This document shows positions 6,765 through 15,656 of a DNA stretch of 23,708 bases, one piece after another. The stretch's first letter is position 1. Each line of letters starts with the position of its first letter. A program made the translations under genes and the position numbers. Where the stretch lies: NCBI GenBank assembly GCA_048938895.1, contig JBHLLU010000060.1, forward strand, positions 1 to 23,708, in the 5' to 3' direction. Source of the stretch: Promethearchaeota archaeon (GTDB lineage Archaea > Asgardarchaeota > Lokiarchaeia > Sigyniarchaeales > SOKP01). The notes beneath the pieces are model-generated. The model was not told the origin of the DNA. It saw nothing but the letters and a program-made list of their open reading frames with translations, and made no database searches.

Positions 6765-7949
6765 ATGCTGATATCATCATCTTATGATAAATTAAAAGAA
6801 CTTGTCCGAGATAAGAAGTTTCCTCTGGTAATTTGCGACATTGATGCATTCAATCATAATTTAGAGAAAGTTGGAAATTACCTTAGAAGCGTCAAAAAAA
6901 GCCTAAGAGTGTGTACAAAATCCGTTCGGGTTCCAAAATTAGTTAGAAAAGTGGAAGAACAGGATTTTGTAAATGGTCTGTTTACTTATAATTCTGCTGA
7001 AACTTTATTTTACGCAGAAAATTATCAGTTTGAAGATATACTAATGGGTTATCCTACCACCTCGTCAGTTGATGCCGAAGAATTATGTAAAGCCGCTTTA
7101 ATCAAAGGAGTGGATATAACTGTGATGGCGGACTCAGTTCATCATTTGGATCTGTTAGAAAAAGCTGCAAGTAAATTTGATGTGAATTTAAACATTTTGA
7201 TTGAAGTTGATGTTGCTGATAAATTTTTAGGCATAAACGTTGGTGTTCTCCGTAGTCCCCTAAGAAAACCTGAAGATATTGTGAAGATTGCGCGAGAAAT
7301 TGACAAACGAACACATCTTCAATATAGAGGAATAATGGGATATGAAGCTCAAAATGCAAGCATAGGTGATACTAGTTTTTTTATGAGAATGATTAAAAAA
7401 CGTTCTCGAAAACATGTAAACCAATGGAGACAAAATATTGTTGATGTTCTGATTAAAGAAGGATTCGAACCTGAGGTTGTTAATGGAGGAGGATCTGGAT
7501 GCTTTGAAGAGACAGCGGATGAAACAACAACTACAGAAATAGGAATTGGCTCTTTGCTTTTTAAATCTCATATATTTGATGATATCAAATCATTAAGTAT
7601 GTTTATCCCATCCTTATTTTTTGCACTCCAGATGGTACGAAAACCAAGGAATAATATCGTAACTGCATTTTCTGGTGGATATGTGAGTTCTGGAGCTGTA
7701 CGAGCAACTCCAATCCCCCTCAAGCCAAAGGGATTAAGAACCATCAAAAAAGAGGAATTTGGAGAAGTTCAAACTCCTTTTAAATATAATCCTAAAACTT
7801 CATCTATTAATTTGGGGGATCCTGTATTCTGTAGATTTGGAAAAGCTGGCGAACCACTCGAACATTTCAATGAAATTAATATCTATTCAAATGGAAAAAT
7901 TATTGATAAATTTCCTACATATAGAGGGTTAGGTAAAAGGTTCTCATAG
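6765..7949 (+). CDS. Fold-type III PLP-dependent enzyme (alanine racemase N-domain; D-serine dehydratase / D-threonine aldolase-like)
   Basis: DIDAFNHN, PLP lysine in RVCTKSVR, ILMGYP, GIMGYEA, NGGGSG, EIGIGS, FGEVQTP, TYRGLG. GGTGA RBS upstream. Confidence 0.85.
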   Translation: MLISSSYDKLKELVRDKKFPLVICDIDAFNHNLEKVGNYLRSVKKSLRVCTKSVRVPKLVRKVEEQDFVNGLFTYNSAETLFYAENYQFEDILMGYPTTSSVDAEELCKAALIKGVDITVMADSVHHLDLLEKAASKFDVNLNILIEVDVADKFLGINVGVLRSPLRKPEDIVKIAREIDKRTHLQYRGIMGYEAQNASIGDTSFFMRMIKKRSRKHVNQWRQNIVDVLIKEGFEPEVVNGGGSGCFEETADETTTTEIGIGSLLFKSHIFDDIKSLSMFIPSLFFALQMVRKPRNNIVTAFSGGYVSSGAVRATPIPLKPKGLRTIKKEEFGEVQTPFKYNPKTSSINLGDPVFCRFGKAGEPLEHFNEINIYSNGKIIDKFPTYRGLGKRFS

Positions 7950-8205
7950 GTTATTTCAAATTTACTCTCCAAAAATGGGTAGATTAAAAAATCGAAAATG
8001 AAGATCAAGTGTAATGTTATTCATATCGATTTAGCCAGTTTTATTGAATAGAGGATCTTAATAAGGCTTTTTTTATTATATTATATAAACTCGAAGAATT
8101 ATTGTTTTATAACAAAAAGTTTAAAGATTTTTATTACCCGTAAATTTAAAAAGGAATTTTCAATTCTCAGAAAACAATAATAAGATAATTAGTTAGAGGT
8201 ATAAC

Positions 8206-8853
8206 ATGTCTGATGTAAAACCAGGAGAATTGGAATTTGAGAGATCTAAAAGTTCACAATTAACAACCCATATTGCAGGAGGAGCTATCTTCGGAGGTCT
8301 TTCTGCAGTTGTTTCATTTGTCCTCTCACCAATTATTAATGCTTCAAGAATTCCAGGTTGGGAAATTGCTATGTTTGATCCGACATCATGGGTTTGGGTT
8401 ATTTGTTTTTTAATATTTGGTGTATATGCGGGATTATTATGCTGTGCTACGGGCTCTATTGGTTTACTACTTATTGATCCAAGTGGTTGGGTTGGTCCTC
8501 TCTTCAAATTTTGTGCAACTGTTCCATTAATACTAATTCCTTACTTTATTTTTAAATTAAAGGATTCTAAGAAATTAAAAAATCCAAGGAATTATGTAGT
8601 TAGTGGAGCAGTAAGTACAGCTATAAGGGTGGTAATAATGTTGGGGTTAAACTTGCTCTTTTTTGTAACAATATGGTCAGAGTTTTTTGAATATATGGAT
8701 CTTGATATTATTGGTCTTGGAAATATTACAGGTTTATCAGCAGTATTGATTTTCAATCCAATAATTAATTTCTATACCAGTGTTTTAGATCTAGTTGTTC
8801 CCTACTTCCTCATATTCGGGTCAAAAATTGATGAAAAATTTGAATTTTGGTAA
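8206..8853 (+). CDS. ECF transporter S component (RibU-like vitamin-binding membrane subunit)
   Basis: About 6 hydrophobic helices; N-terminal GAIFGGLS helix, FDP..W...FLIFG..AG and GP motifs typical of S components. GAGGT RBS. Substrate not determinable. Confidence 0.65.
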   Translation: MSDVKPGELEFERSKSSQLTTHIAGGAIFGGLSAVVSFVLSPIINASRIPGWEIAMFDPTSWVWVICFLIFGVYAGLLCCATGSIGLLLIDPSGWVGPLFKFCATVPLILIPYFIFKLKDSKKLKNPRNYVVSGAVSTAIRVVIMLGLNLLFFVTIWSEFFEYMDLDIIGLGNITGLSAVLIFNPIINFYTSVLDLVVPYFLIFGSKIDEKFEFW

Positions 8854-8866
8854 TAATTAAATTATC

Positions 8867-8919
8867 TTCTTTTTCTTTTTTAATTTCTAAATTCAATTTC
8901 CTAATAGAAAAAAAAAAAA
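8867..8919. terminator. Bidirectional T-tract terminator region between convergent genes
   Basis: T-rich run at 8867-8881 on the + strand and an A12 run at 8908-8919 (T-tract on the - strand), between the ECF and esterase stop codons. Confidence 0.55.
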
Positions 8920-8925
8920 TTGGAG

Positions 8926-9822
8926 TTAACTTAGAGATTTAAGAACAAATTCTCCTATTTTTGCAATTGCATCTCGTCCTTCTGGTATCATAGTAGCGAA
9001 CATTTGAAACATATGAATCATATCATCCCAGACCTCAAGCTCTACATCAACACCCGCAGCTTTAGCTTTATCAGCAAACCGAACCGCATCATCAAAAAGT
9101 ATTTCTGCTGTACCAACTTGGATATAAAGAGGGGGTAAGTTTTTAAGATCTGCATAAAGAGGGGACGCCAGTGGATTTTTTTTGTCTTCCTCACCCAAGT
9201 ACTGTTCAGCACAAAATCTTAGGTCCGCTTCAGTTGACATAGGATCGACATCTGCTTTTGTTTTCACAGATTCACCGGTTACTGCCAAGTCTAAAAATGG
9301 TGATAATGGTATTGCCGCAACAGGTAACTCTTTATTATCATCTCGCAATTTCAAAAGAGTTGCAATTGTTAATCCCCCTCCTGCAGATTCACCAGCGATT
9401 ACTATATTTTTTGGTTTGAATCCTTCAGAAGAAATTAGCCAATCATATACTTTAGTTGCATCTTCTAATGCTGCTGGAAAGGGGTATTCTGGAGCACGTC
9501 GGTAATCAATGAGTAATACTCTAGTTTTTGAAGCTCTCACCAAATTTACACAATATTCTCGATGCGAATTAATAGATCCTGCAATATACCCTCCACCATG
9601 AAAATATAGGAGAACTCGATCACTATTTGACTCGGGAACAGAAATCCATTCAGCTGGGACTCCCGCGGCGTCTATTGGTTCACATTTAGCGTCTTTAGGC
9701 ACTCGCATCATATTACCAATTTGCTCAAAACTTTCACGTAATCCTTCTACACTTGGTTCCAATGTTCGATCTACCGATTGTTTAATAAAATTAAGCAAAT
9801 TTTCCATTTCTTTGCTTACCAT
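8926..9822 (-). CDS. Alpha/beta hydrolase, hormone-sensitive-lipase (HSL) family esterase/lipase
   Basis: HGGGY oxyanion motif, DYRRAPEYPFPAALED, nucleophile GESAGG, acid residue in GTAEILFDD, His in MIHMF. Confidence 0.93.
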   Translation of the reverse strand: MVSKEMENLLNFIKQSVDRTLEPSVEGLRESFEQIGNMMRVPKDAKCEPIDAAGVPAEWISVPESNSDRVLLYFHGGGYIAGSINSHREYCVNLVRASKTRVLLIDYRRAPEYPFPAALEDATKVYDWLISSEGFKPKNIVIAGESAGGGLTIATLLKLRDDNKELPVAAIPLSPFLDLAVTGESVKTKADVDPMSTEADLRFCAEQYLGEEDKKNPLASPLYADLKNLPPLYIQVGTAEILFDDAVRFADKAKAAGVDVELEVWDDMIHMFQMFATMIPEGRDAIAKIGEFVLKSLS

Positions 9823-10006
9823 TGATTTTCAACCTCAATTTATTTCTTGTATAATTCAAATTTACTTTAAGCTCAATTCATTATTAAATTTTACTTAAAT
9901 TTAACTCCTATGTAATTTATTTCTGATCTACTTTAAATATAGTGAGAATTAATTATTCATCAATCTTGAATATATGAAAATATTATTTAGAAAAAGCAAA
10001 TAGGAG

Positions 10007-10813
10007 TTGTATACTATCTCAAATAAAGATTATAAAGATATAATTTTCCAAGTTAAAGAAGGCATTGGAACAATAACACTTAATCGTCCAAATAAACTTA
10101 ATGCTTTACAATTTTCCATGGTGGGCGAGATGATTGATGTATTCGAATCAATCGAAAAAGACCCCAATATAAGAGTTATTGTTTTTAAAGGAAATGGTAG
10201 AGCTTTTTGTTCGGGAGATGATTTAGTAAGAATGGTTTCTGAAGGTGATGAATTCCCACCCGTTGGTGAAAAATTTAGATTAAATCATCATAAGTTAATC
10301 TATTTAATAAGAAAGATTGAAAAACCTGTCATTGCTTTACTGCACGGGTATTGCTTAGGTGCCGGATTTGAGTTAGCTATCGCCTGTGATTTTCGATTAG
10401 CTGCTGATAATCTTGAAATAGGAGATCATCGTACATCTAGAGCGATCTGTATGTTGCATGGAGCAAGTTGGTTTCTCCCACGACTAATCGGATTAGCAAA
10501 AGCTACAGAGATTATATTCAATGGGAATCATCTGAATGCAAAAGAGGCATTAGATATTTGTTTAGTGAATAAAGTATACTCTTTCTCGGAATTTGAAAAA
10601 AAATCTAATGTATTCATCGGTAATATTGCTGAAATGCCGACAAGATGCCTTGGATATAATAAAACTATGCTAAACTATTCTCTAATGAATGATCTTGTAA
10701 GTTCCCTACAAAATGAATATCACTTATTTAGTGAAAATATGAAAACTTATGATTTCAGGGAGGGTAATAAATCATTTCAAGAAAAAAGAGACCCTGTGTT
10801 TAAAGGAAGATAA
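10007..10813 (+). CDS. Enoyl-CoA hydratase/isomerase (crotonase) family protein
   Basis: ITLNRPNKLNAL, AFCSGDDL, KPVIALLHGYCLGAGFELAIACDFR, LPRLIG..KA.E, EG..SFQEKRDPVFKGR. GGAG immediately before a TTG start. Confidence 0.92.
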   Translation: MYTISNKDYKDIIFQVKEGIGTITLNRPNKLNALQFSMVGEMIDVFESIEKDPNIRVIVFKGNGRAFCSGDDLVRMVSEGDEFPPVGEKFRLNHHKLIYLIRKIEKPVIALLHGYCLGAGFELAIACDFRLAADNLEIGDHRTSRAICMLHGASWFLPRLIGLAKATEIIFNGNHLNAKEALDICLVNKVYSFSEFEKKSNVFIGNIAEMPTRCLGYNKTMLNYSLMNDLVSSLQNEYHLFSENMKTYDFREGNKSFQEKRDPVFKGR

Positions 10814-10870
10814 TAAAAAAGTGTTTAAAATATTATTTAAGTTTAAAATTTAAGATTAATTTTCATTGAT

Positions 10871-12133
10871 ATGGAATTATCAAAAGAGATACAAGATTTT
10901 CTATTAAATGATGCAATAGAACGTTTTTTAAGATATGTGAAAATATGGACTACTACTGATGAATTTGCAGAATCTGCTCCCTCAACAAAAAACCAATTCG
11001 ATTTGGCAAATATATTGGTAGAAGAATTAAAGACATTAAATCTACAAGATATTGTTCTCGATGATTTTGGATTTGTTTATGCAAATTTACCTCCAAGCGA
11101 AGGTTTTGAAAAAGTGAAACCTATTGGATTGATTGCTCATTTAGATACTTCCTTTGCAGTAAGTGGCAAAGAAGTAAAACCTGTAATCCATAGGAATTAT
11201 GATGGGAAGGAAATAAAATTTGCACGGGATAAAACATTAACTTTATCTTCCGATGATTCTCCTCTTTTAGATGAATATATTGGTCTTGATATTATCACTA
11301 GCGAGGGTGATACTTTGCTAGGTGCTGACGATAAAGCAGGGATTGCGGAGATAATGGCTGCCTGCGCGGCATGGAATAAATTTCCAGAATTGACTCATGG
11401 ACCAATTACAATTTGTTTTTCTCCTGATGAAGAAACTGGTTTAGGAATGGATAAAGTGAATATAAAAAAACTGCCGAATATTTGCTATACTATAGATGGA
11501 GGGGAAATGGGAGAACTAGAATATGAATCCTTTGATGCGTGGAGAGCTACATTTAGATTTAAAGGTCTAAGTGTTCATCCTGGATATGCAAAAAATAAAA
11601 TGATTAACTCATTACGAATAGCAAGTGATTTTTTTAGCAATCTCCCGGCAGCAGAATCACCAGAGCATACTGAAAATAGAGAAGGATATTATCATCTGTA
11701 TTATCTACAAGGTAAACCTGAGGAAACAACCGCTAAAGTATTAATTAGAGATTTTGAAGAAAAAAACAATAAAATAAGAATGGATTATATAAAAAAGTTA
11801 AAAGATGTTTATGAAACTCTATATCTAGGATTAGAAATCCACATAGACTTCTTGCACCAATATCAGAATATGATGAAATATATAGAAAAAAAGATGATCA
11901 TTGTTGATCTCGCTAAACAAGCTATTGAAAAAACAGGTTTAGAGTTTAAAATTCACCCGATACGAGGTGGTACAGATGGATCTAGACTCAGTGCCCTAGG
12001 AATCCTTACACCTAATATTTTTGAAGGTGGTTTATTACATCATTCAAGGAAGGAGCACATTCCTACATTAGCCTTACAAAAAGCTGCTGAAACCTTAATA
12101 TTTTTAGCTGATTTATGGATAAGACAAAAATAA
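10871..12133 (+). CDS. pepT: Peptidase T (tripeptide aminopeptidase, M20B)
   Basis: IERFLRYVKI, IAHLDTS, TLLGADDKAGIAEIM, PDEETG, TIDGG, HPGYAKNKMIN, PEHTENREGYYH, IRGGTDGSRLS, PNIF.GG..HS.KE. Confidence 0.93.
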   Translation: MELSKEIQDFLLNDAIERFLRYVKIWTTTDEFAESAPSTKNQFDLANILVEELKTLNLQDIVLDDFGFVYANLPPSEGFEKVKPIGLIAHLDTSFAVSGKEVKPVIHRNYDGKEIKFARDKTLTLSSDDSPLLDEYIGLDIITSEGDTLLGADDKAGIAEIMAACAAWNKFPELTHGPITICFSPDEETGLGMDKVNIKKLPNICYTIDGGEMGELEYESFDAWRATFRFKGLSVHPGYAKNKMINSLRIASDFFSNLPAAESPEHTENREGYYHLYYLQGKPEETTAKVLIRDFEEKNNKIRMDYIKKLKDVYETLYLGLEIHIDFLHQYQNMMKYIEKKMIIVDLAKQAIEKTGLEFKIHPIRGGTDGSRLSALGILTPNIFEGGLLHHSRKEHIPTLALQKAAETLIFLADLWIRQK

Positions 12134-12139
12134 ATATCC

Positions 12140-13381
12140 TTATTCATTAATATCTTTTTTAACTATTTTCGAAAAGTCAGTTAACCCAAATATAATTATG
12201 AATATTAACAACAGAATTGCGGTATAAGCAAAAGCCCATGTAAATGAGAAAGTATCATATATAAAACCAAAAAGTAATGCTTCTCCTAAAGATATAATCC
12301 CTACAGAAAGATAATAGTATCCATATGCTTTTCCTCTCTTATTTTTACCTGCCAAATCAGCTATGTATGCTCTTGATATTGGATCTACAGAGGCTAAATA
12401 GAATCCATAGATTATATAAATTATGATAATAATCACTAAAGAAAATAGTGAGAACCCAATCGGTAGAGCCAAAATAATACAAGAAAACAACAATAGAGAT
12501 AGCCCACAGATAATTATAGGTTTTCTCCCAACTTTATCAGACAGTGAACCAGTTATTGGGGAAAAGAGCATATAAACTATATTCGTTAGTAAATAGAAAA
12601 GAGGTATAAGAAAAACTAATCCTGTATTAATATATGCTATTGATCTTAATTGCAGAAAAAATATATCTACACTAGCAAATTCAATTACTCCAAGAATAAT
12701 AATTAACTTTATGAAGTTTTTATCAATTTTATCCACTTTTGGAACTCCATAATATTTTAATTTTGTTTCATCAATTTTAGCAGGATCCACATCCTTTATA
12801 AGAAATATTAAAAAAATAGCGCAGAGTCCTGGAAATATAGAGAAGAATATTATTTTAGAATAACTCCATGCCAACAGTAATAATAGAGATGCTAAAAGAG
12901 ATCCAACTACAGCCCCGAATGTATCCATTGCTCGATGCATGCCAAAAGCTTTTCCTTGTTTGACTGAATATAATGAAATAAGAGTGTCTCGAGAAGATGT
13001 TCTAATTCCTTTACCAAATCGGTCTGTCGCTTTTAATCCTAAAACATATTCCCAGGAAGGACTAAATCCTATAAAAGGTTTTGACAGATTTGATATCGTA
13101 TATCCCGCTACCACAAAAGGCTTTCTTTTATTTACTTTATCACTCATCCATCCTGAAACACCTTTTAATATATTGGCAAGAGCTGTTGTGACTCCTGCTA
13201 TTAAACCTAAATAAAAAGCTGGATTTCTAGGGACTAAATCTTTAATGAATAAGGATAAAATGCTCTGTATCATCTCACTGGAGATGTCAGTAAAAAAGGA
13301 TACAAGACCCATAATAAAAACTGGAATTGTAACTCCGAGAATTAATTTTGTTTTTTGATGATCCTTTTCATTAGCAAACAT
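12140..13381 (-). CDS. Major facilitator superfamily transporter
   Basis: About 12 TM helices; motif A GWMSDKVNKRK and GSLSDKVGRK; DISSEM, DRFGKGIRT..RD, GKAFGMHRAMDTFGAVVG. Confidence 0.92.
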   Translation of the reverse strand: MFANEKDHQKTKLILGVTIPVFIMGLVSFFTDISSEMIQSILSLFIKDLVPRNPAFYLGLIAGVTTALANILKGVSGWMSDKVNKRKPFVVAGYTISNLSKPFIGFSPSWEYVLGLKATDRFGKGIRTSSRDTLISLYSVKQGKAFGMHRAMDTFGAVVGSLLASLLLLLAWSYSKIIFFSIFPGLCAIFLIFLIKDVDPAKIDETKLKYYGVPKVDKIDKNFIKLIIILGVIEFASVDIFFLQLRSIAYINTGLVFLIPLFYLLTNIVYMLFSPITGSLSDKVGRKPIIICGLSLLLFSCIILALPIGFSLFSLVIIIIIYIIYGFYLASVDPISRAYIADLAGKNKRGKAYGYYYLSVGIISLGEALLFGFIYDTFSFTWAFAYTAILLLIFIIIFGLTDFSKIVKKDINE

Positions 13382-13439
13382 ATTTTAAGAAATCTTATCA
13401 TTAAATAAGTATATTAAAAATAATTGAATAAAATAGATT

Positions 13440-14132
13440 ATGATTCCAATGGGAGAAGAAAAAACCTTAAGCTCTCTTGATAAGACGATTCAAGCAGCGG
13501 AATCCAGTTTCAAACAGTTCATTGAAGTATTGGAATCTTCTAGGACTGCGTTATTAAAACTTGAGAGTGATAAAAAAGAGCTTAGTAGTGAAAAAGAAAA
13601 ACTAGAAAAAGAAAAAGTATTGTTAGAGCAAGAAAAGAATTTATTAGAAAGTGAAAAACAACAGCTAGAAATTGATAAGAAGAAATTAGAAGAAGAAACC
13701 CAGAAATTGGCTCTTGAAAAAGAAGAAAGAGACCAAAAAATCGGTTCAATGACAGAAGAGCAAAGGAGACTACTCGATGAATATCAAAATCTTAAAGTTG
13801 AATTATCCAAATTCATGAAAGCTGCTGAGGAAGCAGAAGAAGCAGAATATAACTTCGAACGAGTTCGTGCCTTACTTTCAATCTATACTGTTTTAGTCTC
13901 GGAAATATGGGCTGGGCAAGCACATTATAGAATTCTTCTTACTCTCCATGGTGATAAAGAAGAAATGACAAGAGATGAGTTAAAAACAACCCTTGGAATA
14001 GGGGGTGCCTTTGTTTTACATTCAATACAAGAACTCGCAAAAGTTGGTTTGGTGGAGTATGATATGGAGACTCATAAAGTTAAATTGAAAGAACGCCTTT
14101 TTCCAAAAAAAGCTTTAGAAGAAAAAAAATAA
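13440..14132 (+). CDS. Coiled-coil (heptad-repeat) protein with a C-terminal winged helix-turn-helix domain
   Basis: Eight L-x-x-[DE]-[KT]-x-x heptads (aa 41-96). The C-terminus HYRILLTLHGDKEEMTRDELKTTLGIGGAFVLHSIQELAKVGLVEYD...KVKL has wHTH spacing. The start may be 13449. Confidence 0.8.
   Translation: MIPMGEEKTLSSLDKTIQAAESSFKQFIEVLESSRTALLKLESDKKELSSEKEKLEKEKVLLEQEKNLLESEKQQLEIDKKKLEEETQKLALEKEERDQKIGSMTEEQRRLLDEYQNLKVELSKFMKAAEEAEEAEYNFERVRALLSIYTVLVSEIWAGQAHYRILLTLHGDKEEMTRDELKTTLGIGGAFVLHSIQELAKVGLVEYDMETHKVKLKERLFPKKALEEKK
13560..13727 (+). repeat. Eight degenerate 21-bp coding tandem repeats (heptads)
   Basis: Encodes LESDKKE LSSEKEK LEKEKVL LEQEKNL LESEKQQ LEIDKKK LEEETQK LALEKEE. 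Confidence 0.8.
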
Positions 14133-14141
14133 TTTTTCATT

Positions 14142-15191
14142 TTATTTAGCAATAACCATTTCGTGGAGCGTAGTACCTTTTTCTATATTTGATTTCCCTT
14201 CAAATTGTAAATTGAGTTGAAATTTTGAATTCAATCGGAAATAACCGGGTTTTTTCCTCAAAAGATTTTTCACTAAAAAACGAGATATAATCCCTAATTC
14301 AAACAATAAATTGTCAGCATCAATGATTTCTTGCACTTCAATAGTTATTTTATTACCGTTCCCAAAACTGAAAACTAACGATTTTGGATATTCATTATCT
14401 GCTTTATCATTATATTCAAAATTATCTTGAACTAATTCATATTCACCTGTACTAAGATATATTTTTTCATTTCTAGCAATCATGAGTACTTGTATTGGGT
14501 AATTTTCCATCCTTTTATTACATTTGATATACGCAAAGATCACTGTAGAGCCTTCAGAGCTATAAATCCTCCCCCAATACCAATAATCTATAATAAGAGC
14601 GAAGTTAAAATTCAACCAATTATGGTCATGATACCCAATACCTTTTACTTGGATAGTTTCTCCGTCAACTTTAATAAATCCTTCAACTTCTGCTCGAGGT
14701 AAAGCTATAACCCATCCAAATTGTTTTGATTTTCCAAATTCAATATATCCTTCCCCGGGTTTCCAGCCATGCACTTTAGCTGAATATTTTAAATGAAATC
14801 CAAATTCACCTTCATCTATGAAAATCTCATAGATTGGCAATTCTTTACTAGTATAATCCACTTTAATGAAATTATTCCCTATTTGTACATCAGGTATCTC
14901 TTTTGAAGCTATAAGAGTAGAGTGAGGATAATCGATTACATTCTGTACTTTCTTTCCGTCAGGTTTATAAATTGTAATCTCAACTCCAGTCTTACCAGTT
15001 CGTTCATGTTTCGCTCTAAAAAAACCTACAACGGTATATCCATTATCAAGTCGAGCATCAAAATACCACCACTCTCTTGTCCCTTTCTTTCCCATATCGA
15101 TGTGTAATGCATCATCTTTTGGTGTAATTGGCCTAATTTGACCATCCTTTCTTCCTGGTCCAAACCAGGCTTCTTTTATTTTTGTACTCAT
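14142..15191 (-). CDS. CrtC/AttH-like (hydroxyneurosporene synthase / tocopherol cyclase-like) beta-barrel protein
   Basis: DDALH...EWWYFDARLDNG, FGWVIALPRAEVEG, GIGYHDHNW and WYWGR motifs, characteristic of the CrtC/lipocalin-like hydratase-cyclase superfamily. Confidence 0.75.
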   Translation of the reverse strand: MSTKIKEAWFGPGRKDGQIRPITPKDDALHIDMGKKGTREWWYFDARLDNGYTVVGFFRAKHERTGKTGVEITIYKPDGKKVQNVIDYPHSTLIASKEIPDVQIGNNFIKVDYTSKELPIYEIFIDEGEFGFHLKYSAKVHGWKPGEGYIEFGKSKQFGWVIALPRAEVEGFIKVDGETIQVKGIGYHDHNWLNFNFALIIDYWYWGRIYSSEGSTVIFAYIKCNKRMENYPIQVLMIARNEKIYLSTGEYELVQDNFEYNDKADNEYPKSLVFSFGNGNKITIEVQEIIDADNLLFELGIISRFLVKNLLRKKPGYFRLNSKFQLNLQFEGKSNIEKGTTLHEMVIAK

Positions 15192-15223
15192 AACAATCTT
15201 ATTTAATATTAATTTTTCTTATT

Positions 15224-15631
15224 CTAATTTGTCAAATATTTAATCACTTTCAATAATATGAGTAATTTTCTTATTCCCTTCATTTTCACTTTACGAGTTA
15301 ACCATAATTTTGCTACCCCAAATAATGAGAGCCTATCCATAACAATAGCTAAGAAAGATTGAGTATCCATTTCCACAAAAGCATCCCAACCAATTTTTTC
15401 TTTTTTCAAATTTTCTCTAGGTTTATTTGGAACACTTTCCACTCTCACTATACCATTATCAATGATAATTATTGCTGCATGGTTTAAATTTGAAGCATTT
15501 AAGAGAATTTTAACCTCAGTTTTTTTAAATTTTTCTTGGAACATTTTATTATCATTCAGAGGTGTAAGGATGCTCTTAATTAGAATAGCAAAACCCCTTG
15601 TTTGTGAATTTTTTTGGTTTGAGTATTCCAT
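15224..15631 (-). CDS. SCP2-like sterol/lipid carrier domain protein (135 aa)
   Basis: Likely start is ATG 15631 (MEYSNQK...), 25 nt after the upstream stop. IIIIDNGIVRV...DAFVEMDTQSFLAIVMDRLS....WLTRKVKMKG matches the SCP2 pattern. Confidence 0.7.
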   Translation of the reverse strand: MEYSNQKNSQTRGFAILIKSILTPLNDNKMFQEKFKKTEVKILLNASNLNHAAIIIIDNGIVRVESVPNKPRENLKKEKIGWDAFVEMDTQSFLAIVMDRLSLFGVAKLWLTRKVKMKGIRKLLILLKVIKYLTN

Positions 15632-15656
15632 GTTCTTACTATTTGTTTCGTTGCTT

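Noticed and set aside
7950-8205. Vitamin riboswitch upstream of the ECF S component
   Set aside because: The region is very AT-rich with no FMN, TPP or cobalamin consensus elements or stable stems visible.
9858-9940. Repeated aaattt(t/a)act / tactttaa words in the divergent promoter
   Set aside because: Short, low-complexity and expected by chance in AT-rich DNA or as TATA-like elements.
13440-14132. ESCRT-III/CdvB, CdvA or SMC assignment for the coiled-coil protein
   Set aside because: No Snf7 helical-hairpin pattern, PRC barrel or Walker motifs recognised; only the generic coiled coil + wH architecture is supportable.
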